A stretch of DNA of 64,000 nucleotides. Origin: Azolla caroliniana (Eukaryota; Plantae; Polypodiophyta). The position numbers were made by a program, and so were the translations under genes. The stretch covers positions 7,936,001-8,000,000 of the forward strand of contig JBHGNT010000008.1 in the NCBI GenBank assembly GCA_043228905.1. Reading direction: 5' to 3'. Below, in pieces: positions 14,384 to 25,400 of the stretch (positions within the stretch are counted from its first letter, which is position 1; each line of letters begins with the position of its first letter). Under the pieces are notes generated by a model. That model had not been told where the DNA came from. It was given only the letters and a program-made list of their open reading frames with translations, and did not search any database.

Positions 14384-14778
14384 TGTAGAAAGTAACGTGT
14401 GGAAGCAAGTATGAAGACCGAACAGAAGGAAGGAAACTCAGGTTTAATGGAGAGCTTGAGCTTACACGCTATACGCGGGAGAGACAGAGAGAGTGAGAGA
14501 GAAGACACAAAAAACTATATTCAACAATAATACTCAGTCTGTACATAAGACGTGCTCAGTGAACACTTTTATACAAGCTCTAGAAGGACTGACCGAAGTA
14601 TTGACAGTACTTCAATGCTCATCAAGAGCTCCTACACTAATTCCCAAATATATTCCTTACGGAATATCTTTCCTAACAACCTCCCGGTTTACGCACTCGG
14701 CCTAGCCGATTGGTCCCAACCGATTCAGTCCTCAGCTTCTTCAGCCGAACCGGCCGATGTTGAGCTTGTCTCTCAACA
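14384..14778 (-). repeat. 3' LTR (395 bp)
   Basis: Direct repeat of 31877-32271 with about 14 substitutions by manual count. TG...CA ends. Confidence 0.96.
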
Positions 14779-15000
14779 CTCCCCCTCAAGCTCAACTTTA
14801 GGCTCTTCGGGATCCTCGGGCACACAGCTCTGGTTCCTCCTGGCTTCACGCCTCGCTCGCGCTCCTCGACCTGTTCGACTTCGCGCGCTTCGACCCTTCC
14901 GGTCGGCTTGTCTACTCATGCCGCCCTTAGCTCTTCTGCTGTTGCGGTGTTGACGCTTCTCCTGCTGCCTTTTCTTCCGCTTGGGCATCGGTTGATTCAA

Positions 15001-15025
15001 GGGTGAAAGCATGCGAGTGGAAACA
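15001..15025 (+). repeat. Left terminal inverted repeat
   Basis: Reverse complement of 27234-27258 with one mismatch. Confidence 0.95.
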
Positions 15026-15354
15026 ATTAGCTATGTCCTTGACATAGCTAATTAGCTATGCAAAAAGCTACCATTGATAAATAGTCATTTTAGTAAAAAG
15101 CCATCATTAATAAATTAAGTATGCAAAAAACTACCATTGAAAATACTAGAGTGTTTTAATTACATATGTAAATGAGTGCCATAAATGTGCAACATAAATT
15201 GATGTGTGCACCATAAATGTGTACCATAAATTATATATCGAATTCCTAGGTCCATTATGCATGATCCTTTGCCACATCACGTAGGCCATCTCTAGTTGAG
15301 TACTGTGGGTTAGTTGCTACCACTGTTGCTAAACCCTATCGAGTCCACCTGCCG

Positions 15355-16360
15355 CCACTCTACACTGAGGGGCTGCTACTGTGCGTTCCAAGCATCATCA
15401 AAGAGCTGCTCAATCTGACGGGGTTCTCTTCTCTGTGACACTCTACACTCAGGGGCCACTATTGTGCATTCCAACCATCATCAAAGAGCTGTTCAATCTG
15501 ACGGGGTTCTCTTCTCTGTGCCACTCTACACTCAGGGGCCATTACTGTGCGTTCCAAGCATCATCAAAGAGCTGTTCAATCTGAGGGGGTTCTCTTCTCT
15601 GTGCCACTCTACACTCAGGGGCCATTACTGTGCGTTCCAAGCATCATCAAAGAGCTGTTCAATCTGAGGGGGTTCTCTTCTCTGTGCCACTCTACACTCA
15701 GGGGCCGCTGCTGTGCGTTCCAAGCATCATCAAAGAGTTGTTCAATCTGACGGGGTTCTCTTCTCTTTGCCACTCTACACTCAGGGGTTGCTACTGTGCG
15801 TTCCAAGCATAATCGAAGAGCTATTCAATCTGACGGGGTTCTCTTCTCTTTTCCACTCTCACTCAGGGGCCGCTACTGTGCGTTTCAAGCATCATTGGTA
15901 ACTGTTCAATCTGACGGGGTTCTCTTCTCTTTTCCACTCTCACTCAGGGGCCGCTACTGTGCGTTTCAAGCATCATTGGTAACTGTTCAATCTGACGGGG
16001 TTCTCTTCTCTTTTCCACTCTCACTCAGGGGCCGCTACTGTGCGTTTCAAGCATCATTGGTAACTGTTCAATCTGACGGGGTTCTCTTCTCTTTTCCACT
16101 CTCACTCAGGGGCCGCTACTGTGCGTTTCAAGCATCATTGGTAACTGTTCAATCTGACGGGGTTCTCTTCTCTATGCCACTCTATTCTTAAGTGCCTTCT
16201 ATGTGCGTTTCAAGCATCATCGGTAACTATTCAATCTGACGGGGTTCTCTCCTCCATTGCCATCATTCTATACTCAGTTGCCACTACTGTCCAGTCCCGG
16301 ATTGCTTCCACATTTCGATTTGACGGAGTTCACTCATCCAACGGCAACATTCTACACTCA
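15355..16360 (+). repeat. Subterminal tandem repeat: six 83-bp units, four 81-bp units, then about two degenerate units
   Basis: Unit CCACTCTACACTCAGGGGCC..CAAGCATCATC..CAATCTGACGGGGTTCTCTTCTC starts at 15355, 15438, 15521, 15604, 15687, 15770, 15853, 15934, 16015, 16096, 16177. Confidence 0.95.
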
Positions 16361-16585
16361 GTTGTTGCCATTGGTCGGTCTTGGATCGCCTCCTCAACTA
16401 TTGGATCCAACAGAGTGAAATCCTCTACTGTTCGGTCTTGGATTGCAATAACTTTTCTGTCTATTGATTATCTTGTGTATTGTTGTGTCTAATCTTGTGT
16501 ATTGTGTGGAATATTTTTGTGTATTGTTGTTGCCCATAGCCATCTTTAATACTTGTTTTTTTTTCTGGAAATTTAGGGTTTTAAC

Positions 16586-19500
16586 ATGTCTAGCCAAATG
16601 GAAGGGGAAGAAGGGTGTTTAGAATTACCCCTCAATGATCATAAGGATAGGGATGATGTTATCAGGACACAACAAGCCATACGAAACTATTGGGCAGAAA
16701 AAAAAAGGAAACATCGTCAATTGTTGAAGGATACGAAAGCCACACTCAGTAAAGGTAAGGATAGTTTAGATGAGAATGTAAGTAATGCGACTACCATCAT
16801 AGAGAGAAAGGTTGTAGACTATTTCAATGTTCAAACCAAGCACATCAGCAATGAAGAAAAGAAGGTAGTACTTTATGGAATATGTAATGATCCATCGATA
16901 AAGGACTTAGTTGATTGTGATGGTCTTAATGCAAACATATCATCTATTTTAGTAAATAATCTTCGTAATAGTTTCGTATCCATGAGCAGGTCAGAAGATG
17001 ATCTTGTCTTAAAAAGGTCTAGTCTAATGATGTTACTTAATAGTGATGTTGACGATATAAACATCAGTGAGCTATCTAAGGTAATTGGTGTTAGTAGAAA
17101 AACAGTGTACAATACAATGAACCGTATAATTTCCTCGGGTGAAGGAACTAGTCTACTAAAGCTAACTACAAGATGTAAGCCAATGACACCCATAACATTT
17201 GAAATCAAGGATGTAATCACAATGTTTTGGACTAATGAGAGTAGGGTTTCACCCAATAAAAAGGATTTATGCAGGAAACGTGTTGGAAGAAATCAATACG
17301 AGGAGCATCCCATTCATCTTCTTGATGTACCTCAGGTATTTACATTTATCATGGTAGCTAGTTAGCTATTTCGTTATTACCAGCTAATTAGCTACTAGGA
17401 AAGCTAATTAGCTACCATGATAGCTAATTAGCAACTATGATAGCTACTACATAGGTAACTGGCTACTCTCAATAGCTACTACCATGATAGCTAATTAGTT
17501 AGGATAGCTAATTAGCCACCATTATAGCTAATTAGCTACTAGACCAGCTAATTAGCTACCATGATAGCTAATTAGTTACTAGGACAGCTAATTAGCCACC
17601 GTGATAGCTAATTAGCTACCATGATAGCTAATTAGCTACTATACCAGCTAATTAGCTACCATGATAGCTAATTAGTTACTAGGAAAGCTAATCAGCCACC
17701 ATTATAGCTAATTAGCTACTAGACTAGCTAATTAGCTACCACGATAGCTAATTAGCTACTAGACCAGCTAATTAGCTACCATGATAGCTAATTAGTTACT
17801 AGGAAAGCTAATTAGCCACCATGATAGCTAATTAGCTAGTAGACAAGCTAATTAGCCACCATGATAGCTAATTAGCTACTACGACAGCTAATTAGCTACC
17901 ATGATAGCTAATTAGCTACTAGAATAGCTAATTAGCTACCATGATAGCTAATTAGCTACTACGACAGCTAATTAGCTACCATGATAGCTAATTAGCTACT
18001 AGGACAACCAATTAGCTACTAGGACAGCTAATTAGCTACCATGATAGCTAATTAGCTACTACGACAGCTAATTAGCTACCACGATAGCTAATTAGCTACT
18101 AGACCAGCTAATTAGCTACCATGATAGCTAATTAGTTACTAGGAAAGCTAATTAGCCACCATGATAGCTAATTAGCTAGTAGACAAGCTAATTAGCCACC
18201 ATGATAGCTAATTAGCTACTACGACAGCTAATTAGCTACCATGATAGCTAATTAGCTACTAGAATAGCTAATTAGCTACCATGATAGCTAATTAGCTACT
18301 ACGACAGCTAATTAGCTACCATGATAGCTAATTAGCTACTAGGACAACCAATTAGCTACTAGGACAGCTAATTAGCTACCATGATAGCTAATTAGCTACT
18401 ACGACAGCTAATTAGCTACCATGATAGCTAATTAGCTACTAGAATAGCTAATTAGCTACCATGATAGCTAATTAGCTACTACGACAGCTAATTAACTACC
18501 ATGATAGCTAATTAGCTACTAGGACAACTAATTAGCTACCATGATAGCTAATTAGCTACTAGAATAGCTAACTAGCTACTAGAATAGCTAACTAGCTACT
18601 AGAATAGCTAATTAGCTACTAGGATAGTTAGCTAGTTACGAGAATAACTAATTCCCCTTTATTACGCAGGTCGATTTATTTATTAGGTTCAAACGAATGC
18701 ATCCAACTATCAAAGTTCAACTACGAACATTCGAGTCTCTTAAGCCACACTTTGTGAGACGCTTAAAGGATCGATACACATGTTGTTGCATTTACCATGT
18801 ACAGATGGGTTTTCTGAAGGACTCTGTTAATCTACTACGTCACCATAGCGCATCCCTAACTAATACAGTTTGCACATGTGGGTGCCAAATCTGTCGATCA
18901 AGCCCGCAAGAGGAGTGTAAATCATCTGAGCACGTTATCTCTTCCATGAGTTATTTATTAGATTCAATATTGTGTCCGAGAGAATCTGACGCTATCTTCC
19001 ATATTCATAAATGTGTCATGGGTTTATGTCAAGATTGTGGCCCTACTAGATTTAGGTGGTGTCCAAATGAATTGAGTAGTGAAATATTGATCTCTGTGAA
19101 GTTATTTGAGTCAGTGAACACCAATTTCGAAGGAAAGGTGTGTAAAAGAAAGGATCTAGTTCGGAAGATGCTTAAACCAAGGGATTTGGTGTCTCTGTTT
19201 GTAGTATCTCTAGGAAAGTTCATTAAACACAACTTCATTTATTCATGGCAGGCCCATCAGTTTAAGACTTGCATATCTGATTTCCCAAATGATGTAGTAG
19301 TCTCAGTAGTAGATTTCGCAGAGAATTATACTTTCAAGCAGCAGAATGAAATTCAATCTATGCATTGGTGTTCAGTTCAGGTAACCATTTTTGTGCACAT
19401 AACATATTTTCGAGTTTCAGGTGATGTTAAAAAAGTAATTCATTTCTTTATTTCCGATGATAAGAAGCATGATACCTTGTTCGTCCAACACTGTTTTAAG

Positions 19501-20511
19501 TTACATTGGCAGTGGTTATTAGCTCAACGTTTGGAGCTTACTCAACATTGGGTCTGGTCTGACGGAGCTGCGTCACAATTCAAGGCTCGACGTCCATTTT
19601 ATTTTGTGGGGAGGTATCCTGCTATAACAGGTTTGGAGATGAGATGGAATTTTTTTGGGTCTGGCCATGGTAAAGGTGAACATGATGGTGCAGGGGCTGT
19701 TATAAAGCGGGCACTTACCCATGAACAACTAAAGACAGATGGTGTGCACATGAATTGTGCATCACATGTAGTTGAATTTTTAAGAACAAATATGTCGACG
19801 AGTGCCACAGGTGTTTATTCCTCGCAAGTTCGAGATATCAAACGTGAATTTTGGGAAGTGAAGATAGATGAAGTAAATAGGGAGAAGACCTGGGAGTGCC
19901 AAGGAATTCCCGAATTGCGATCTCTGCATGCTGTTCGCGGTTATTCCAGGTTGGATGGTCATTGTATTGCGGTTAGAGAATTGACTTGTTTTTGCTTCCA
20001 TTGTGTGCAGGGAAATTGGAGATATTGTCTAAACAAAGCATACATTCAGAATTGGGAGTATCACACTCTGAATGATAAGGAAGCAGTTGATGGAGAAACA
20101 GGGCAGAATGCTGACTTCACATATGAGGGACTTGGAGATACTTTGAGTGATGTCCTGAACGTTGGGGATAACTTCGCTGTAAATGCTGAAGAAGGCAATT
20201 CAGAGGGTGCTGATTTCTATATATTAAAGTGCACGGTTAGTAAACAGTGTGCAAGGCAGAATATTGTAGATGCATGGGGAAATTTTGTATCTGCCGGGAC
20301 ATTCTACATCGAAGGCATTTTTTATGCAAAACTAGATGACTACGAATATGTGTACAGGCTGTTAGAAGACAAACCAGCAGCGTATATGTACTCTCATTTG
20401 GTCAGATGCATCAACGTCCCAATGTCAGAATACAATAGCTGCTCCGGTTTATACACTGTTGGTGCTAATGTGTATGAATGTATTTACAATAGTATGCCAT
20501 GGAATTTGTAG
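16586..20511 (+). CDS. Sola2-like DDD transposase, two exons (16586-17335, 18670-20511), 863 aa
   Basis: Phase-0 GT-AG intron (CTCAG|GTATTT ... TTACGCAG|GTC) joins LLDVPQ to VDLFIRFKRMHP in frame. Motifs TCCCIYH, Cys clusters, VDFAENY, QNEIQSMHW, SDDKKHD, WSDGAASQFK, GHGKGEHDGAG, CFCFHC. No stops in either exon. Confidence 0.88.
17360..18650. repeat. Intronic 20-bp-period array of the palindrome TAGCTAATTAGCTA (about 60 units)
   Basis: 14-bp palindrome plus 6-bp spacers (CCATGA, CTAGAA, CTAGGA, CTACGA). Fills the 1334-nt transposase intron 17336-18669. Confidence 0.97.
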
Positions 20512-20942
20512 CTACAAGTAGCACTTACCATGTTCTCTTGTAAAACAAACATGTATTTCGCGAAAACAGATCAATAAATTCGTTTGGAATCAATTTCTTG
20601 TATACAGTCTGCTTTCTGTGCTTCTTTCTCAATAAAATCATGTCTTTTTTGTTAAGTTTTAAGTTATAAGTTATAGCGAAATAGTCATCAGTAGCTAATT
20701 AGCTGTACAAATGTATTTACAATAGTATGCCATGGAATTTGTAGCTACAAGTAGCACTTACCATGTTCTCTTGTAAAACAAACATGTATTTCGCGAAAAC
20801 AGATCAATAAATTCGTTTGGAATCAATTTCTTGTATACAGTCTGCTTTTTGTGCTTCTTTCTCAATAAAATCATGTCTTTTTTGTTAAGTTTTAAGTTAT
20901 AAGTTATAGCGAAATAGTCATCAGTAGCTAATTAGCTGTACA
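20477..20942 (+). repeat. 233-bp tandem duplication of the transposase stop codon and 3' UTR
   Basis: AATGTATTTACAATAGTATGCCATGG... starts at both 20477 and 20710 and the copies are nearly identical. Followed by short GCTAATTAGCTGTACAAATG units. Confidence 0.93.
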
Positions 20943-21135
20943 AATGCAGCTAATTAGCTGTACAAATGCAGCTAATTAGCTGTACAAATGTAGCTAATTA
21001 GCTGTCAATAGCTAAATAGTCATCAATAGAATGAAATCAACAATCTGCAACATATTCCTCAAATTACATAGTAGATAAGTACAGTGGGAACAAGTAATTA
21101 AATTCTTCATTGAATAATGTCATCTCTTTACATAT

Positions 21136-22190
21136 TTATAAATTACCATTGGAAATGTCTACAAATCTCCTATAAACAGCTAAGCTCTTGCTAGTCAGTG
21201 GAACGAGTCTACATATATTATCCGCATATTGAGCTCGGTATGGAGTCCACAACCATGCACCTAGTTGGCAGCTCACTGTTTGCACCAGGTACTGTTCAGG
21301 CATTTCCTCGGGTAGAATGAGACAGCATCTCCGAATATTGAAGTAGTGTCGGAAATGTTCTGTATCCAAAATCAATGTATTGTCGGCATTATATTCAGGC
21401 CAAGTAGCCCAAAAATCAGAAAGTCTCTTGAATCTTGCAGCTTCCATTTGCTCACAATTTTCTCGTGCCCATTGACCTTTAAAACGACTTCGCCATTTTG
21501 GGAAGAATCTTGCCAAACACTTCCACACATCTGATTTTGGTTTCTCACTCCAAATAAACAAATCGAAGTACTCCGCAGCCCACTCTAGAAACTGATTTGC
21601 GTCCCTCCTTGGCTGCATATATCTCACACTCATCAAGACTTTATCCAGCTCCAAGATCAAGGCTCTTCGCTCGACTTCTAGTGGTTTAGGTTTCCATTCC
21701 TGAAACTGAGCCGCTGTTACACCATTTTCTGGTAGGATACGATCAATCTCAATCAGCTCAGGTTCGGCTGACACAACTGGTGTCCTTTTCCTCTTTAAAC
21801 CCCTAGTCGACTGTGTTGGGCCTAGCTTCACATTCTGGTGCTCTTGTTTTGTCGACTTAGTTATCAATCCTTGGATTACCTCAGTGCATGTAGCTACTGT
21901 TCTGCTCGATATCAATCCACTGGTATCACATGCTGCATCTACCTGCAACACCAAGTCATCCGTGCTACATGCTGCATCTACCTGCAACACCAAGTCATCC
22001 GTGCTACATGCTGCATCTACCTGCAACACCAAGTCATCCGTGCTACATGCTTGATCAACTTGTGTGACCAGATCACTTGTGTCAGTTGCTACATCTACTT
22101 TCAAGATGGGGCCCTTTAAACATGCCGCAACATCAACAGTATCCACACTGCCATTGGCCTTACGAGCAATAGAATCAAACCCTTTAGACT
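21136..22190 (-). CDS. Terminal exon encoding 13-aa repeats plus a degenerate FCP1/SCP (NIF, HAD-family) phosphatase-like domain
   Basis: Open frame of 377 codons. ALILELDKVL (cf. LVLDLDETL), RRDANQFLEW..FDLFIWS, WARENC, KRLSDFW..YNADNTLILD. Acceptor TTTTCTGATGTTGCAG| at 22191. Confidence 0.72.
21928..22051 (-). repeat. 39-bp in-frame coding repeat, three identical copies plus degenerate flanks (DLVLQVDAACSTD)
   Basis: ACATGCTGCATCTACCTGCAACACCAAGTCATCCGTGCT at 21928, 21967 and 22006. Confidence 0.93.
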
Positions 22191-22439
22191 CTGCAACATC
22201 AGAAAACACCAACATATTCACACTCACAAAGTAACTACTAGTCTCACAAAACAATATCCTGAACATCAAAGAGTTTCAGTCATAGAACAACACTCTTCAA
22301 ATTATCTTGGAAAAACATCATAGAGTTCCATTACATAATGTGGATCAAGCAACAACCAATCTGAGGTTTTACTTGTCCAATAGGATAGTAAAACTTCATA
22401 AAACCCTAGCAAAATCCCTAAGCTAACAATCATATCCAA

Positions 22440-25400
22440 CTAAACAGTATTTCGCTCCACTACGTCTGGGCCCCTTGACCGAGTAACTGGTCTTGTTCCC
22501 GATCGTGGCCCCTTCTTCAGCCTTTTTCTGGTTGGTTCCCCATTTAGCCTTGCTTCTAGGACCCAATGCGCAAGTGTGTCCTCCTCCGACAACCTTCCCA
22601 TCGCCTCAGCAGCTAATTGCACATCAGCCGTTTCTTGAACTAGCTTTTCAAGTACAGAGGGATCTGTTTGGACATTTTCAGTAGTTGGGCTCGGTGGGGT
22701 GGAATCAAGGTCTTGAGACTCGAAGAAATGTTGCATCAAGTGTTCATAAACACTGTTGTTGTGAACCTCAGTTTTACATGTTGTTTCCACTATTTCATGG
22801 CATTTCACATCGTTGCCTAATTCAGTACACTGTTCCAAAAGAATAGGGTGCAGCTGATCTGAAGGAGATGTGATAGCAGGACTCTTACTTTCAGCCACAT
22901 TGGCAGTAGTATCCTCATCTGTTGCAGCATCATCAGCACCAGACACATCATGTGCCGTCCTTAATCCACAAGATTCTACAATAACATGACAGTTATTTAG
23001 GATAGCTAATTAGCTACTTTACTAAACTATGGTAGAAGCTAGGATAGCTAATTAGCTAGTACGATAGCTAATTAGCTAGTATGATAGCTAATTAGGTACT
23101 TTACTCAACTATGGTAGTAGTTAGGATAGCTAATTAGGTACTTTACTCAACTATGGTAGTAGTTAGGATAGCTTATTAGCTACTAGGACAGCTAATTAGC
23201 TGCCAGTAGCTAATTAGCTACTAGGATAGCTAATTAGCTGCCAGTAGCTAATTAGCTACTAGGATAGCTAATTAGCTGCCAGTAGCTAATTAGCTACTAG
23301 GATAGCTAATTAGCTGCCAGTAGCTAATTAGCTACTAGGATAGCTTATTAGCTACTTTACACAACTATGGCAGTAGCTACTAGGATAGCTAATTCGCTAG
23401 TAGGATAGCTAATTAGTTGCCAGCAGCTAATTAGCTACTAGGATAGCTAATTAGTTGCCAGTAGCTAATTAGCTAGTAGGATAGCTAATTAGGTACTTTA
23501 CTCAACTATGGTAGTAGCTAATTAGCTAGTAGGATAGCTAATTAGCTACTTTACTCAACTATGGTAGTAGCTAATTAGCTAGTAGGATAGCTAATTAGCT
23601 ACTAGGATAGCTAATTAGCTGCTAGTAGCTAATTAGCTACTAGGATAGCTTATTAGCTACTTTACACAACTATGGCAGTAGTTAATTAGTTACTAGGATA
23701 GCTAATTAGTTGCCAGTGGATAATTAGCTAGTAGGATACCTAATTAGCTTTTTTACACAACTATAGTACTAGCTAATTAGCTAGTACCATAGCTAATTAC
23801 CTACTAGGATAGCTAATTAGCTAGTAGGATAGCTTATTAGCTACTTTACACAACTATAGTAGTAGCTAGGATAGCTAATTAGCTACTATGGTAGCTAATT
23901 AGCTACTTTACTCAACTATGGTAGTAGCTAGGATAGCTAATTAGCTACTTTACTAACTATGGTAGTAGCTAGGATAGCTAATTAGCTACTTTATTAACTA
24001 TGGTGGTAGCTAGGATAGCTAATTAGCTACAATGAAAGCTAATTAGCTACTTTCTCAACTATGTAGTAGCTAGGATAGCTTATTAGCTACTAGGACAGCT
24101 AATTAGCTGCCAGTAGCTAATTAGCTACTAGGATAGCTAATTAGCTACTTTACACAACTATGTCAGTAGCTAATTAGCTACTATGATAGCTAATTAGCTA
24201 GTAGGATAGCTAATTAGCTAGTAGGATAGCTAATTAGTTGCCAGTAGCTAATTAGCTAGTAGGATAGCTAATTAGCTTTTTTACACAACTATGGTACTAG
24301 CTAATTAGCTAGTACCATAGCTAACTAGCTACTAGGATAGCTTATTAGCTACTTTACACAACTATGTCAGTAGCTAATTAGCTACTATGATAGCTAATTA
24401 GCTAGTAGGATAGCTAATTAGCTAGTAGGATAGCTAATTAGTTGCCAGTAGCTAATTAGCTAGTAGGATAGCTAATTAGCTTTTTTACACAACTATGGTA
24501 CTAGCTAATTAGCTAGTACCATAGCTAACTAGCTACTAGGATAGCTTATTAGCTACTTTACACAACTATGTCAGTAGCTAATTAGCTACTATGATAGCTA
24601 ATTAGCTAGTAGGATAGCTAATTAGCTTTTTTACACAACTATGGTACTAGCTAATTAGCTAGTACCATAGCTAACTAGCTACTAGGATAGCTTATTAGCT
24701 ACTTTACACAACTATGGCAGTAGCTAATTAGTTACTAGGATAGCTAATTAGTTGCCAGTGGCTAATTAGCTAGTAGGATAGCTATTTAGCTTTTTTACAC
24801 AACTATGGTACTAGCTAATTAGCTAGTACCATAGCTAATTAGCTACTAGGATAGCTAATTAGCTAGTAGCTCATTAGCTGCCAGTAGCTAATTAGCTAGT
24901 AGGATAGCTAATTAGAAAAGACTAAGCTTATTAGCTACAGTATGGTATACCTGTTTGTTTTCTCCACTCATTTGGTAGAGTTGTACTGCAATCTCCCAAA
25001 CAGAATGCAGCAATTCGACAGGCATGTTGAAAACAAAGCAGATGGTATGTGTGGTTGCATGGTTGTAGGTGAACCAACAAAGACGCAGTTTTGTCCTCCA
25101 CACCTAACCCGCAAGCGATGCAACGTGCTTGAACTGTCAATAAATCATTTTCTGGTTCTACTTCATTTGGTAAGGGAGCAAGAATGTTCAGGTCCAAATC
25201 CTGTCTGGTCCTTACCATTCCCTCCACAAAATGTAGCTTCTTCTTAAGGCAGCTAACTACCTGTTCTTGATGAATGTATTGTTCCTTCAACGCAACAGAG
25301 AAATTTACCGATTAATTATTCTTGTTGTTGAAAGATACACCAACTTTGCTCAGGAATCGTTAACTTACTTGAAGCTTATCCAAATTGTAATCTGCAACAG

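Noticed and set aside
15381-16191. Series of short repetitive ORFs (60-131 aa)
   Set aside because: By-products of the 83/81-bp tandem repeat, with non-ATG starts and no domain signal.
16586-20511. Host gene or CACTA/hAT/Mutator assignment for the transposase
   Set aside because: It is enclosed by TIRs and a 4-bp TSD. The termini are not CACTA and the TSD is not 3, 8 or 9 bp.
17360-24937. CRISPR-like reading of the palindrome-plus-spacer arrays
   Set aside because: Spacers are 3-20 bp and recur many times rather than being unique. There are no cas genes, and the context is eukaryotic and intronic.
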